Assembly: GCA_016875995.1 (NCBI GenBank)
Contig: VGOG01000002.1
Span: forward strand, 1,595 to 65,594
Reading direction: 5' to 3'
DNA from: Chloroflexota bacterium
GTDB lineage: Bacteria; Chloroflexota; Anaerolineae; VGOG01
Length of the DNA stretch: 64,000 nucleotides
Shown in pieces: positions 17,317 to 27,687 of this stretch. Below the pieces are notes generated by a model. The model saw only the letters and a program-made list of their open reading frames with translations, ran no database searches and was not told the DNA's origin. The translations under genes were made by a program, and so were the position numbers. Positions within the stretch are counted from its first letter, which is position 1, and each line of letters begins with the position of its first letter.

Positions 17317-18662
17317 ACAGAAGAATCTGGATATTCGGTATATCACAATTCGCTCCCGCTGGATCGCCAGATCCAGCAGTCGGGCGGCGGATTTGGCAAT
17401 CCACCGCGAGCAACAAAACCTGGTTTCTGACGGCAGTGGTCTTGGCCTTGATGGTCACGATAGGCTGTGCTCTGGCCCTGTCCAGTCCAACGTGCGAGGG
17501 GCAAACTCCAAACCCTCTACCCCCTGCGGTTGAGGCCTGTGGGACCGCGCCTCCGACTTCGGGAGTGACCGAAACAGCCCCACCGTGCGATCCCAGGGGC
17601 GCGAGCGAGCTCTCCGAGAGGTCCACCATCACGCAGACAGATAAAACCGAGGGGGGAAGCAGGCTCATCTTTCCCTGGGTGATGGTGGGAAAACCCAGGC
17701 TGGTCGAAAGGGAGAAGATCTTTTTACCGCTGTTCACCAAATCAGGACTCTGTACTGATCGCGTCGTAAGGACTGGTGACAAGCTCACTTTCAACGGTCA
17801 GGAGATTCGGCTGATCGGCATGAACGTGGCTTATATCCTCGAAGAGTGGTTCCCGGATGACCAGTGGGAGGAGATACTCTCCTTCCTTTCCCAGTCCGGA
17901 AATACCGTCCGCATCCCCGTTTTTCCTAAGCATGCGCGGGACGGTGGGCTCGATCGGGTGGAACGGTTGATCCGCCTGGGTGGCGAGTACGGCCTGAAGT
18001 TCATCGTCGTCCTGGAGGGCTACATGGCGGCCGACTATCCCACCAAGAGCGAAGCCTGGTTTCATTCGGGATACAAGGTCGAGTACATGGATCACCTGAG
18101 AAGCGTAGTGACCAGGCTTAGAGACTATCCTGAGGTGGCGTTGTGGCAACTGATGGGGGAGCCCAGTTGCGCTCCTGAGGGAGGGTCGCGGTCTTGCTAC
18201 AACTCGCTGGTCGAATGGGCCAGGGTGGCCTCTGAGGAGATAAAGAAGCTCGATCCCTGCCGGCCCGTGGCCGTGGGGATGATCTCGGTTGGAGGGCCTC
18301 AGCCCCAGGGGGAGGAGGCCTGGCGCAAGATGCACACTTTCCCCTCGATTGATGCCGTGACCGTCCACATCTGGACCAACGTCTGGTACGAGCGGGAGCT
18401 GAGGATCGCCGACGAATTGGACTTGCCCGTTCTCTACACCGAGGTCTACCATCGGGCGTACAAAAAGAACGGTCGCCTTCTCTACGAAGGAATCCTGGAG
18501 GAAAGGGTGCCCATTATCGAGGAGTTCATGCAGCGATCCTTCGATGCAGGGGTGGACGGCATCATCCTCTGGCAGTATATTCACGAGGGCTATTGCGGGG
18601 AGCTGGATTACGACCAAAAGGATCCGGTTTGGAAAGTGTTGCAGTCTTTTTCAAAGGAGTAA
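17313..18662 (+). CDS. secreted/anchored glycoside hydrolase, GH5-like (mannanase/cellulase)
   Basis: Signal/TM segment, P/T-rich linker, GMN..Y, NTVRI, WQLMGEP, TVHIW, PVLYTE, GIILWQ. Confidence 0.7.
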   Translation: MNRRIWIFGISQFAPAGSPDPAVGRRIWQSTASNKTWFLTAVVLALMVTIGCALALSSPTCEGQTPNPLPPAVEACGTAPPTSGVTETAPPCDPRGASELSERSTITQTDKTEGGSRLIFPWVMVGKPRLVEREKIFLPLFTKSGLCTDRVVRTGDKLTFNGQEIRLIGMNVAYILEEWFPDDQWEEILSFLSQSGNTVRIPVFPKHARDGGLDRVERLIRLGGEYGLKFIVVLEGYMAADYPTKSEAWFHSGYKVEYMDHLRSVVTRLRDYPEVALWQLMGEPSCAPEGGSRSCYNSLVEWARVASEEIKKLDPCRPVAVGMISVGGPQPQGEEAWRKMHTFPSIDAVTVHIWTNVWYERELRIADELDLPVLYTEVYHRAYKKNGRLLYEGILEERVPIIEEFMQRSFDAGVDGIILWQYIHEGYCGELDYDQKDPVWKVLQSFSKE

Positions 18663-18673
18663 CGAGCAACTAC

Positions 18674-18728
18674 TCGATCTTCGATTGCCGATTGCCGATT
18701 TTCGATTGGGAAATCGAAAATCGGAAAT
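18674..18728. repeat. 7-bp inverted-tandem array (CGATTGC/CGATTTT then AAATCG)
   Basis: 5 forward and 2-3 reverse units; same unit family as 51068-51131. Confidence 0.85.
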
Positions 18729-18743
18729 TCTCTGGATAACCCC

Positions 18744-20156
18744 ATGGCGGATCTCGAACTGTGTACCCTCACCCTGGAGGAGCTCGCTCCCCTGCTGCGG
18801 GACGGGCAGGTCTCGCCCGTGGAAGTGATCCAGTCGTACCTGGTGCGCATTGACACCCTGAACGAGGCCCTCAATGCCTACATCACCGTGACGCGGGACC
18901 AGGCGCTGGCCGATGCGCGGCGTTATGAGGAGGAGATCCTGCGGGGGGACTACCGGGGGCCGCTGCACGGCGTCCCCGTGGCCCTCAAGGACCTCTACGA
19001 CACGGCTGGCGTGCGCACCACGGCGGCCTCGAAAATCTACGCCCAGCGCGTGCCCCAGGAGGACGCCACCAGCGTGGCCCGGCTGCGCGCTGCTGGTGCG
19101 GTGCTCATCGGCAAGACCAACCTGCACGAGTTCGCCTACGGAGTGACGGCGGATAGCTCGTTCTTCGGACCGACGCGCAATCCGTGGGACCCGGAACGGG
19201 TGGCCGGTGGCTCCAGCGGGGGCTCTGGGGCGGCTGTCGCTGCTGGACTCTGTGCGGTGGCCACCGGCTCCGACACGGGTGGCTCCATTCGTATCCCCGC
19301 CGCCCTGTGCGGCACCGTCGGGCTCAAGCCCACCTACGGCCGCATCAGTGGTCACGGCCTGTTGCCCCTCTCCTGGACGCTGGACCACCCCGGCCCGATG
19401 GCCCGCAGCGTGTACGGTGCGGCGGTCATGTTGTCGGCCATGGCCGGCTACGACCCCCGCGATCCCGCTTCGGTTGACGTGCCTGTTCCTGATTACACCG
19501 CTGGCCTGCGCCACGGCGTGGCGGGCTTGCGCATTGGTTTGGATCCCCAATGGGCGCTGTCGGGGATTCACGAAGATGTGCGGGCCGCTTTCCAGGGAGC
19601 CCTGGCGGTGCTCGAGGACCTGGGGGCTGAGATCGTGGAGGTGTCCGTGCCCCGCGTCGTCGAGGGCATGGAGGCGGCCCTGACCATCCTGATGGCCGAG
19701 GCCACTGCCATCCACGAGAAGTTTCTGCGCAGCCGCCCCGACGATTACCAGCCCGACGTTCGCGCCCGGTTGGAGAAGGGCCTGGCCATCCGGGGCATAG
19801 ACTACGGGCGCGCCCGGCGTACCGGCGAGCTGCTGCGCCGCGACCTCGCTGCCTTGTTCCAGAGAGTGGACCTTTTGGCCACGCCCATGTGCGGCATAAT
19901 CGCCCCGAAAATCGGGCAGCGGGAAGTGATCATTGACGGGGAGGCGGTTCCCGTGATGGCGCCCCTCACGCGCTACACCCGCGTCTTCAACCTGACGGGG
20001 CTGCCGGCCATTTCGGTGCCCTGTGCCTTCTCTCCTGAGGGGTTGCCCATTGGCCTGCAACTGGTGGGCCGCGCCTGGGACGAGGCCACCGTGCTGTGGG
20101 CGGCCTACGCCTACGAGACGGCGGCGGAGTGGACACAGCGCCGCCCGTCGCTGTAG
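18744..20156 (+). CDS. amidase-signature family protein (GatA-like)
   Basis: ALKDL, GGSSGGS, GSDTGGSIRIPAA; no gatC/gatB adjacent. Confidence 0.9.
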   Translation: MADLELCTLTLEELAPLLRDGQVSPVEVIQSYLVRIDTLNEALNAYITVTRDQALADARRYEEEILRGDYRGPLHGVPVALKDLYDTAGVRTTAASKIYAQRVPQEDATSVARLRAAGAVLIGKTNLHEFAYGVTADSSFFGPTRNPWDPERVAGGSSGGSGAAVAAGLCAVATGSDTGGSIRIPAALCGTVGLKPTYGRISGHGLLPLSWTLDHPGPMARSVYGAAVMLSAMAGYDPRDPASVDVPVPDYTAGLRHGVAGLRIGLDPQWALSGIHEDVRAAFQGALAVLEDLGAEIVEVSVPRVVEGMEAALTILMAEATAIHEKFLRSRPDDYQPDVRARLEKGLAIRGIDYGRARRTGELLRRDLAALFQRVDLLATPMCGIIAPKIGQREVIIDGEAVPVMAPLTRYTRVFNLTGLPAISVPCAFSPEGLPIGLQLVGRAWDEATVLWAAYAYETAAEWTQRRPSL

Positions 20157-20299
20157 AAATTCGGATAGGCTCTTATCATTGTCGAAAGCAGTGTTGGCCA
20201 TCAGGCGGCGCTTCTCGATCCAACCATGCTCGGCCGTCGCCTCGGCCCATTGGCCCAAAGCTAATCATTGATTGCAATTTACTCAGGTACAATTTCATC

Positions 20300-20382
20300 G
20301 TGAACATTGCTGTGCGCGATGCTTGTTACATCGCGTTGGCTGAGGGTCTGGAATGCTCGATGCTAATGGCAGACGAATTGTG
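20300..20382 (+). pseudogene. C-terminal fragment of PIN/VapC toxin
   Basis: IAVRDACYIALAEGLECSMLMADE resembles the PIN DAxYxALA...TAD motif; no N-terminus. Confidence 0.6.
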
Positions 20383-20411
20383 CACACGCTTTGGAAGTAT
20401 ATAGGGGGGAA

Positions 20412-22535
20412 ATGATGTCGTTAAGTACTCGTCAGTGTGCCATCCTCCGAATCCTTTTGGATATGGATAACCCGATAAGTATGTCGGAGATCGCATCCCA
20501 GCTAGAAATCACTCCTCGGATGGTGCGTTATGATTTTCGCGGAATCGAAAGATGGCTTCAGGCGAGGGATGTCCAATTAATAAAGAAGGCAAATTACGGG
20601 GTTTTCATTGAAGCCCCCAGAGAAGTCAGAATAGACCTTATCCGTGAATTAGAACATCTCGCTGGCTACCACCTCATTTTGTCCCCAACCGAACGATTGC
20701 ACATATTGATCCTTTCCCTACTAAAATGTGATCAACCGCTGCTTATCAAGCAACTCGAGCCTCGATTGGGCGTGTCGCGCCCCACTGTGCTGAGCGACAT
20801 GAATAAGGCTGAGAAATGGCTTGAGGAGCACAACCTATCTCTGATTAGGCGACCGCATTTTGGCTTCAAGACTGTTGGCAAGGAGGGTGATTGGCGGAAG
20901 GCTGTTGTGGACTTTCTCTTGGAAACCGTAGGGGAGATGCCTTTGCTGGTCTTGTGTAAGGGTTCCAAAGCAGCACTTCGGTCGCGAATGAAAGGCAAGG
21001 TTGGCCTTTTGCGTGTTTTGTCTGCATTTTTCGAGAATCTGGATCTAAGCTATTCCAAGAAGTTGGTTGACTCAATTGAGAGAATGCTGCACCTCCAATT
21101 TACCGATGACGCTTGTGTTTCGCTTGTGTTACATTTGGCGATTCTGATAGGGCGTGTTGGGCAAGGCAAAATCGTCGAGCTTCCGCCGCAGCATCTGAAG
21201 AGCTTGAGGGAGCAAAGAGAATTTCACGCGGCCAAGATAATCGCTGACCAAATTGAACAACGCTTTAACACTGTCCTACCCAAGTCGGAGGTCGCTTACA
21301 TTGCAATCCAGTTAGCGGGAGCCAAGATTAGGTGGACTGTTTCTGACATCATTGGAGAGAGAAGTGCGGAGGAGATTGAACCAGGGGTGCTAGAAATGGT
21401 TGATGGCATGCTTGCTGAGGCTTCTATTTACTTGCATCCGTATCTTAGAGTTGATCAGCAGTTAATCCGTAGCCTGGCCTTTCATCTGAAACCAGTTCTC
21501 AGTCGATTACGATTTGGCCTTCCGGTAAGAAACCCACTGCTTGAAGATGTAAAAAGGCAATATCCTTATATCTTCAAGGTTGCTCGAAGAAGCAGCGACA
21601 TTCTGGAAGAAAAAGTAAGCAGGAGGATACCAGAGGAAGAGATAGGCTACATTGCCATGCACCTTGGAGCGGCCATGGAGCGCCTTCGCCCATTCCCCGG
21701 GGTGAAGAGAAGGGTGCTGGTCATTTGTGGTGAGGGGGTCGCCACGGCATGGCTGCTGGTCTCTAAAATGCAAGCTGAATTTCCCGAGGTCGAAGTGGTG
21801 GAGGTAATGTCTACCTCGGAGGTGTCGAGAAGACATGTCTTTAGGGGCGATATAGATGCGATGATCTCCACAGTACCTGTGGAAATAGTGGGTATTCCCA
21901 TCATAGTGGTTAGCCCGCTGCTTGGTGCCAAGGACAAAGCTAGAATTAGGGAGGTTTTAAAGATAGGCGTTTCTACCTCGGAGCCGGCTGACAACGCTGG
22001 CGAGGCAGAAGAACCGTGCTTGGCTACTCTTATTACCACCGAGACAATAAGGCTCAGAGTAGCCGCCAATAACTGGCAGGAGGTAGTTGACAAGGCGGGG
22101 AGACTGCTACTTAATACCGGGGCGATAGAGGCAAGATATATAGAGGCGATGAAAAACATCATTGTGAAGTACGGTCCATATATAGTCATCTGGCCAGGGA
22201 TCGCCTTGCTCCACGCTCGTCCTGAGGATGGAGTCAAGCGATTGTGCATGAGTTTGGTGACCATGCAGAGCTCTGTCAAGTTTGGGCATCTGTATAATGA
22301 CCCCGTTGACCTAGTCATTGCTTTAGGAGCTGTGGATGATCGTTCTCACTTAAAAGCATTAGCACAGTTGGCTGAGATATTAGGGGATCAAGAAATGGTA
22401 AATGAAATCAAAAGCGCCTCCGCAAAAAAAGAGATATTGGAATTAGTCTCTGGTACTCCTCAGAAATCGAGTGTTATGCCTTCCAGAAAAGATGCCTGGT
22501 CTGACGTGGGAAATGGTAAATATTTGTCACAATAA
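20412..22535 (+). CDS. PRD-containing transcriptional regulator (MtlR/LicR-like: HTH-PRD-PRD-EIIB-EIIA)
   Basis: Two HTH segments, PRD motifs LVLHLAI and GYIAMHL, EIIB CGEGVATA, EIIA HARPEDG. Confidence 0.9.
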   Translation: MMSLSTRQCAILRILLDMDNPISMSEIASQLEITPRMVRYDFRGIERWLQARDVQLIKKANYGVFIEAPREVRIDLIRELEHLAGYHLILSPTERLHILILSLLKCDQPLLIKQLEPRLGVSRPTVLSDMNKAEKWLEEHNLSLIRRPHFGFKTVGKEGDWRKAVVDFLLETVGEMPLLVLCKGSKAALRSRMKGKVGLLRVLSAFFENLDLSYSKKLVDSIERMLHLQFTDDACVSLVLHLAILIGRVGQGKIVELPPQHLKSLREQREFHAAKIIADQIEQRFNTVLPKSEVAYIAIQLAGAKIRWTVSDIIGERSAEEIEPGVLEMVDGMLAEASIYLHPYLRVDQQLIRSLAFHLKPVLSRLRFGLPVRNPLLEDVKRQYPYIFKVARRSSDILEEKVSRRIPEEEIGYIAMHLGAAMERLRPFPGVKRRVLVICGEGVATAWLLVSKMQAEFPEVEVVEVMSTSEVSRRHVFRGDIDAMISTVPVEIVGIPIIVVSPLLGAKDKARIREVLKIGVSTSEPADNAGEAEEPCLATLITTETIRLRVAANNWQEVVDKAGRLLLNTGAIEARYIEAMKNIIVKYGPYIVIWPGIALLHARPEDGVKRLCMSLVTMQSSVKFGHLYNDPVDLVIALGAVDDRSHLKALAQLAEILGDQEMVNEIKSASAKKEILELVSGTPQKSSVMPSRKDAWSDVGNGKYLSQ

Positions 22536-22574
22536 CGGTGTGAAAAACGAGCACAATAAGTGCTTGGAAGGGTC

Positions 22575-22602
22575 TTGACAGCAAGGGATACGAGTGTATA
22601 AT
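22575..22602 (+). promoter_or_regulatory. sigma70 promoter of PTS operon
   Basis: TTGACA-16-TATAAT; inverted repeat TCACA-N7-TGTGA at about 22526-22542 upstream. Confidence 0.65.
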
Positions 22603-22619
22603 ATAAATTAGGAGGGATA

Positions 22620-22919
22620 ATGGCAAAAAAGAAGAGGATAGAAATTCTAACAGTGTGCGGTGTGGGGAGTGGAAGCAGCCTGATCCTTCGCATGTATACT
22701 GAGGATGTATTGGAGGAGTTGGGCCTTCGCTATAAGGTCTCGGCAGGTCAGGCAAGCGAGGCTCGCGGCACCAAGGCAGACATCGTTATGTGTGCCCCTG
22801 AATTCGCCGTCGTCTGTCAGGGCGGCAGCGCCGAGGTTGTGCCCATCAAGGGCTTCACAAACAAAGATGAGATCAGGGAAACCCTGACCGAGGTCCTAAA
22901 ACGGAAGGGCTTCATCTAA
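22620..22919 (+). CDS. PTS EIIB component, ascorbate/galactitol family
   Basis: P-loop VCGVGSGSSL. Confidence 0.9.
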   Translation: MAKKKRIEILTVCGVGSGSSLILRMYTEDVLEELGLRYKVSAGQASEARGTKADIVMCAPEFAVVCQGGSAEVVPIKGFTNKDEIRETLTEVLKRKGFI

Positions 22920-23057
22920 GGTTGACTGACTTCGGTCGCTGGTCTGTTAGTGGCTGGCCTGCAGTAGTTGTTGAGGAAAGGGGGTGGCGTATAAGAGCTT
23001 ACCGTGTCTGGTTTGTTATCCTTGAGCTAACAATATACAAAGAGGAGGCAAAAGCAA

Positions 23058-24350
23058 ATGGATATCCTTAGGTCTTTGATTGACTTGATAATGAAGGACA
23101 TCGTCGGCCAGCCAGCGCTACTGGTCGGGCTGATCGCTGCCGCCGGCTTGATCCTTCAGAGGAAGTCCTTCGCCACTATCCTTGCCGGAGGCGTTAAGAC
23201 CACAGTCGGCTACCTGATGATCGTCGGCGGCGCTGGCATGGTCGTTGGCGTCCTGGCAGCAACGCTTTCTCCCCTGATTCAGGAGGCATTTGGTCTTGTG
23301 GCACCAGCGGCCGAGCTCGGAGGTATGGGTCTCCCCAACTTCTTGGCGAATTGGGGCGGCTACGCCACGGTGGCCGTGGCCCTCGGTTTCGCCATCAACC
23401 TGACCTTGGCACGCATCACTCCCTTCAAGTACATCTACCTCACTGGCCACTTGATGATATTCTTCGCCGAGAATACCTTCATGGCGATACTCGTAGGCTG
23501 GCCCACTATCAGCCCAGGCCTGTTGATATTGATCACCGGCGTCATATGCGGGGTATATTGGACCCTTCAGCCGGCCTATATGATGAAGCTGATGAAGGGG
23601 GTAACGGGAACCGATGACCTGGCCTACGGGCACACCTCGTCATTCAACTGCTGGTTGGCGGCGAAGTTGGGCAGGTTTGTAGGGAAGCCGGAGGACAGCG
23701 CGGAGGACATCGAGTTGCCAGAGTCGCTCGAGTTCTTCAAGGACACCACTGTGTCCTTGGGCGTTGTGCTGGGGCTGCTGACGGTTATCGTGGCACTTGT
23801 GGCAGGGGCTACGGCGTCAGGTGAGCTAAGCGGTGGCAGGAACTACATCATCTGGGCCTTGGTGCAGGGCCTCACTTTCGGCGCAGGCATCGCGGTCATG
23901 CTCTACGGTGTGCGCATGATCATCGGCGAGCTCGTGCCTGCCTTCAGGGGTATCGCCAAGAGTCTGGTGCCTGGTGCTAAGCCCGCGCTGGATTGCCCCA
24001 TCGTCTTTCCCTACGCGCCAACGGCGGTTCTTCTTGGCTTCGTGGGCGCCTTCGTAGCCTTCCTGGTGTGCATGTTTGCATTCGGTGCACTCGGATGGGG
24101 CGTCATCATCCCGCCGATGATCATGCTCTTCTTCCCAGGCGGAGCAGGTGGCGTGTTTGGGAACAGCACCGGTGGGTGGAAGGGCGCTTTGCTGGGCGGA
24201 GCTATCTGCGGAGTCTTGCTGGCCTTTGGGCAGCTCATTGTTGGCAACGCCCTCATGCCAACGGTGCCCTACTACGCGAGCCTGGATGACCCGGACGTTC
24301 ACATCACGAACTGGATCTTTATTCAGATCTCGAAGCTAATCGGGTCATAG
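23058..24350 (+). CDS. PTS EIIC component, L-ascorbate (UlaA) family
   Basis: YIYLTGH, AYGHTS, GELVPAFRGI, PALDCPIVFPYAP. Confidence 0.9.
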   Translation: MDILRSLIDLIMKDIVGQPALLVGLIAAAGLILQRKSFATILAGGVKTTVGYLMIVGGAGMVVGVLAATLSPLIQEAFGLVAPAAELGGMGLPNFLANWGGYATVAVALGFAINLTLARITPFKYIYLTGHLMIFFAENTFMAILVGWPTISPGLLILITGVICGVYWTLQPAYMMKLMKGVTGTDDLAYGHTSSFNCWLAAKLGRFVGKPEDSAEDIELPESLEFFKDTTVSLGVVLGLLTVIVALVAGATASGELSGGRNYIIWALVQGLTFGAGIAVMLYGVRMIIGELVPAFRGIAKSLVPGAKPALDCPIVFPYAPTAVLLGFVGAFVAFLVCMFAFGALGWGVIIPPMIMLFFPGGAGGVFGNSTGGWKGALLGGAICGVLLAFGQLIVGNALMPTVPYYASLDDPDVHITNWIFIQISKLIGS

Positions 24351-24446
24351 TCCTGACATCGCATCTAGTGAACTGAGCTCGTAGTCTGAGTGAGCTATCG
24401 CACTTCGGAAGCGATAGCTCACTCACTCTGTAAGGAGGAAATACGC

Positions 24447-25193
24447 ATGAGCGCAGAGCAGTATATTTTGGAGATCAAGAAACTCATTGCGAAGGTCGAG
24501 GAAACGCAACTGGACAATATCCGGCGTGCCGCGGATCTGGTTGCTGACTCCATAATGAGAGACCGTTTGGTGCATATCTTTGGTGCTGGACATTCTCATT
24601 TCCTGGCTTATGAGTGCTTTGATCGAGCCGGCGGCCTCTTGAACATGCAGGCTATCCTCGACCACGGTTTAGACTTCGGGTCAGGCATGCGCCGGCAAGG
24701 TGGCTTTGAGCGATTTCCCGGGTACGCCAAGATCGTGATTCAAGACTACGATATTGGTCCTGATGATGTGATGATCGTGATTTCCAACTCGGGCAGAAAC
24801 CCCGCGCCAGTAGAGATGGCACTGGAGGGCAAGAAGAGGGGGGCCACAGTTATTGCCCTTACATCCTTGCCACACTCGATGAGCGTTTCCTCCAGTGATC
24901 CCTCTGGCAAGCGTCTCTTTGAGGTCGCGGACCTGGTGTTGGACAATGGCTGTGTGGCCGGGGATGCGTTGGTAAAGCTAGAAGGGCTGCCCCCGCGGGT
25001 GGGGCCTGGCTCTACGGTGATAGGTGCATTGATCCTCAACGCTATCGTGGTGCAGACGGCGAAGAACTTGCTGGACCGGGGAGAGGTGCCGCCGGTGCTT
25101 TTCAGTGGCAATCTCGAGGGTGCGCGGGAGTATAACGAGAAGGTACTAGGTGAGGCAATGGAGAAGCTCTGGCGGCAGATGAGGCATATGTGA
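24447..25193 (+). CDS. SIS-domain sugar-phosphate isomerase (UPF0309-like)
   Basis: FGAGHSH, RAGGL, SNSGRN, GKRLFEVAD, GDA. Confidence 0.85.
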   Translation: MSAEQYILEIKKLIAKVEETQLDNIRRAADLVADSIMRDRLVHIFGAGHSHFLAYECFDRAGGLLNMQAILDHGLDFGSGMRRQGGFERFPGYAKIVIQDYDIGPDDVMIVISNSGRNPAPVEMALEGKKRGATVIALTSLPHSMSVSSSDPSGKRLFEVADLVLDNGCVAGDALVKLEGLPPRVGPGSTVIGALILNAIVVQTAKNLLDRGEVPPVLFSGNLEGAREYNEKVLGEAMEKLWRQMRHM

Positions 25194-25210
25194 GATGTTA
25201 GGAGGAGTTC

Positions 25211-25693
25211 ATGCAAGAGCGAGAGGTAGAAGGATCAGCGTTGTCAAAGACGCTAACTGAGGAAACGATAGCGCTGGGATTGAGTGTACGAGACTGGCAG
25301 GAAGCCGTGCACGAGGCCGGAAAGCTATTGGTGAAAGCCGGGATGGTAGAGCCGCGTTATATTGAAGCCATGGTTCAGATGGTTAAGGATATCGGGCCCT
25401 ATATCGTGATTGCCCCCGGCGTTGCTTTGCCGCACGCTCGACCAGAGGATGGTGTAAAAAAAGCCTGTATGAGCTTAGTGACCTTGAGCCCCCCGGTAAA
25501 CTTCGGGAACGAGCATAATGATCCCGTTAAACTGGTGGTCGCGTTTGGAACTACCGATAACAAAGCTCACATTGAGGCCCTCACTGAGCTGGCAAGACTG
25601 CTCGGTGATTCGACCAAGCTGGAAGGTCTAGCGCGTGCTTCGTCGCCCGAGGAGATTCTGAAGCTGATTGGTAGCATACAGGAAAGCAACTGA
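25211..25693 (+). CDS. PTS EIIA component (Mtl/Fru/UlaC-like)
   Basis: GPYIVIAPGVALPHARPEDGV. Confidence 0.92.
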   Translation: MQEREVEGSALSKTLTEETIALGLSVRDWQEAVHEAGKLLVKAGMVEPRYIEAMVQMVKDIGPYIVIAPGVALPHARPEDGVKKACMSLVTLSPPVNFGNEHNDPVKLVVAFGTTDNKAHIEALTELARLLGDSTKLEGLARASSPEEILKLIGSIQESN

Positions 25694-25707
25694 AGGAGGT
25701 GTAGATA

Positions 25708-26898
25708 ATGAGTTTCGAAGGGCTTGCCATCAAGACACACAGAGTCATCACCCCTCTGCAAGACCTACGAGACGCAATGGTCTTAATTGAGGGGGAGAAG
25801 ATTGCGGCTGTTGGCCAACAGGATAATATCCCCATACCAGATGGCGCCGAGGTGATAGATGTAGGTGAGAAGATAGTGGCGCCGGGCTTCATTGACTTGC
25901 ACCATCACGGTGCAATGGGAGCGTATGCCACCGAGGGTGCGGAGGCTGTGAAGAAGATCGGCCAGTATCTGGTCAAAACCGGTACCACGAGTTGGCTGCC
26001 GACAGTTCATATCGCTCATATCTTCGAAGGCATGAAGGGTATATTAACTGCCAAGCAGGAAGGAACTGGTGGTGCCGATGTAATTGGCATCCACATGGAA
26101 GGACCTTTTCTAGCTCCGAAGCGCATACCAGGACAAGAGGCTGTTGACCGGGGTTTGCTGAAACCGTCTACTAAGAAGTTTATGCAGTTCGTAGAGGCAG
26201 CCGAGGGCCATCTTAGGCTGATGGGGATTTCCCCGGAGTTGGATGGGGCGCTGGAACTCATCCGCGAGATGCGGCGCGTCGGTGTGGTGCCAGCAGTGGC
26301 CCACACCAAGGCTACCTATGAGCAATTCATGAGGGCTGTGGAAGCAGGCGCTAGACACATTACTCACACCTACAATGTCATGACCGGGATGCATCATCGA
26401 AGGCCGGGGGTGGTAGGGGGAGTGCTCACCTGCGACCAGGTCACGGCGGAGTTAATTGCCGACGGCTATCACGTATCTCCTGTGGCCATGGACGTCCTGA
26501 TACGCTGCAAAGGTGTTGACAAGGTGGCCCTCATAAGTGACAACGTCCCCCTGGCTGGGATGCCTGATGGGGTCTACGAGATGTTCGGTCGAACGGTAGT
26601 CAAGAAGGATGGCATCAGTCGGTTGGAGGGTTCCACCCCAGGGATGGATGGGACAATGGCTGGGAGCGAGTGGCCCTTGAACCACAACATCTATAACTTG
26701 ATTGGCCTGGTAGGGATATCCCTTCCTAGTGCCATCAGGATGGCCACTTTGACCCCAGCCACGATAATCGGCGCCGACAGCTACAAGGGCAGCATAGAGC
26801 CCGGGAAGGATGCTGATCTGGTTGTGATTGATGAGGAGATGCAGATACACCTGACAATGGTTAAGGGCGAGGTTGTCTTCAGGGCTGGTATAGGTTAA
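25708..26898 (+). CDS. nagA: N-acetylglucosamine-6-phosphate deacetylase family
   Basis: PGFIDLHHHG, HMEGPF, THTYNVM, IADGYHV, GSIEPGKDADLV. Confidence 0.9.
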   Translation: MSFEGLAIKTHRVITPLQDLRDAMVLIEGEKIAAVGQQDNIPIPDGAEVIDVGEKIVAPGFIDLHHHGAMGAYATEGAEAVKKIGQYLVKTGTTSWLPTVHIAHIFEGMKGILTAKQEGTGGADVIGIHMEGPFLAPKRIPGQEAVDRGLLKPSTKKFMQFVEAAEGHLRLMGISPELDGALELIREMRRVGVVPAVAHTKATYEQFMRAVEAGARHITHTYNVMTGMHHRRPGVVGGVLTCDQVTAELIADGYHVSPVAMDVLIRCKGVDKVALISDNVPLAGMPDGVYEMFGRTVVKKDGISRLEGSTPGMDGTMAGSEWPLNHNIYNLIGLVGISLPSAIRMATLTPATIIGADSYKGSIEPGKDADLVVIDEEMQIHLTMVKGEVVFRAGIG

Positions 26899-27051
26899 GA
26901 CTATTCCGAACGCAAAGCGCTAGCTGGCAGTCAGCATTTGTGACTTGGTTGGTACCAACCAGTGAGAATAATCAGCACCTCTGTGCATGGAGCAGCATTT
27001 CGATAGGCAGTGAGTAGAGTGTCCGGTAGTAAGGAGGTGGGTCTTTTGTCC

Positions 27052-27681
27052 ATGTCTATATCGTCCATACTGAAGGATGTGCATTGGCTGGGGCACGCCG
27101 GCTTCATGATCACAGGGAGGCGGGTGATTTACATTGATCCCTACCAGTTGGGGTTCCCCGATGTGGGGGACATCATCCTTATTACTCACGATCATCCTCA
27201 TCACTGTTCTCCTGCTGACGTCAAGTGGCTGCGCAAGGGGGCAACCGTCATCGTGGCCCCGGAGGCATGCGCGGCCAAGTTCAAGGGCGACGTTAGAACA
27301 GTGAAACCAGGTGATATTCTGACCATAAAAGAGGTCACCATCGAGGTGGTGCCGGCCTATAACCTGGACAAGCAGTTTCATCCCAAGGAGGCAGGCGGCG
27401 TCGGTTACATAGTTACGACAGCTGAGGGTATCCGTGTCTATCATGCTGGCGACACCGATCTTATTCCAGAGCTAGATCAAGTGGAGGCAGATGTGGCGTT
27501 GTTGCCTATCGGGGGCGAGTATACGATGGATGCTGTCGAGGCAGCCCAAGCAGCCAACAAGATCAAGCCGAAAGTGGCGATACCCATGCATTGGGGCACA
27601 ACTGTGGGGTCGCGCCAAGATGCCGAGAAATTCCGTGATCTTTGCGAGGTTGAAGTGAAGATCCTGAAACCGGAAAGGTGA
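27052..27681 (+). CDS. MBL-fold metallo-hydrolase (UlaG/UPF0173-like)
   Basis: WLGHAG, THDHPHH, YHAGDT, IPMHWG. Confidence 0.9.
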   Translation: MSISSILKDVHWLGHAGFMITGRRVIYIDPYQLGFPDVGDIILITHDHPHHCSPADVKWLRKGATVIVAPEACAAKFKGDVRTVKPGDILTIKEVTIEVVPAYNLDKQFHPKEAGGVGYIVTTAEGIRVYHAGDTDLIPELDQVEADVALLPIGGEYTMDAVEAAQAANKIKPKVAIPMHWGTTVGSRQDAEKFRDLCEVEVKILKPER

Positions 27682-27687
27682 TCTTCG

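Noticed and set aside
18744-20156. Calling the amidase gatA
   Set aside because: No gatC/gatB adjacent; generic amidase-signature enzyme is safer.
18651-20258. 535-aa minus-strand ORF
   Set aside because: Antisense shadow of the GC-rich amidase gene; no motifs.
20165-20258. AEHGWIEKRRL resembling the ISAs1 transposase HGRIE motif
   Set aside because: Too short to support by eye.
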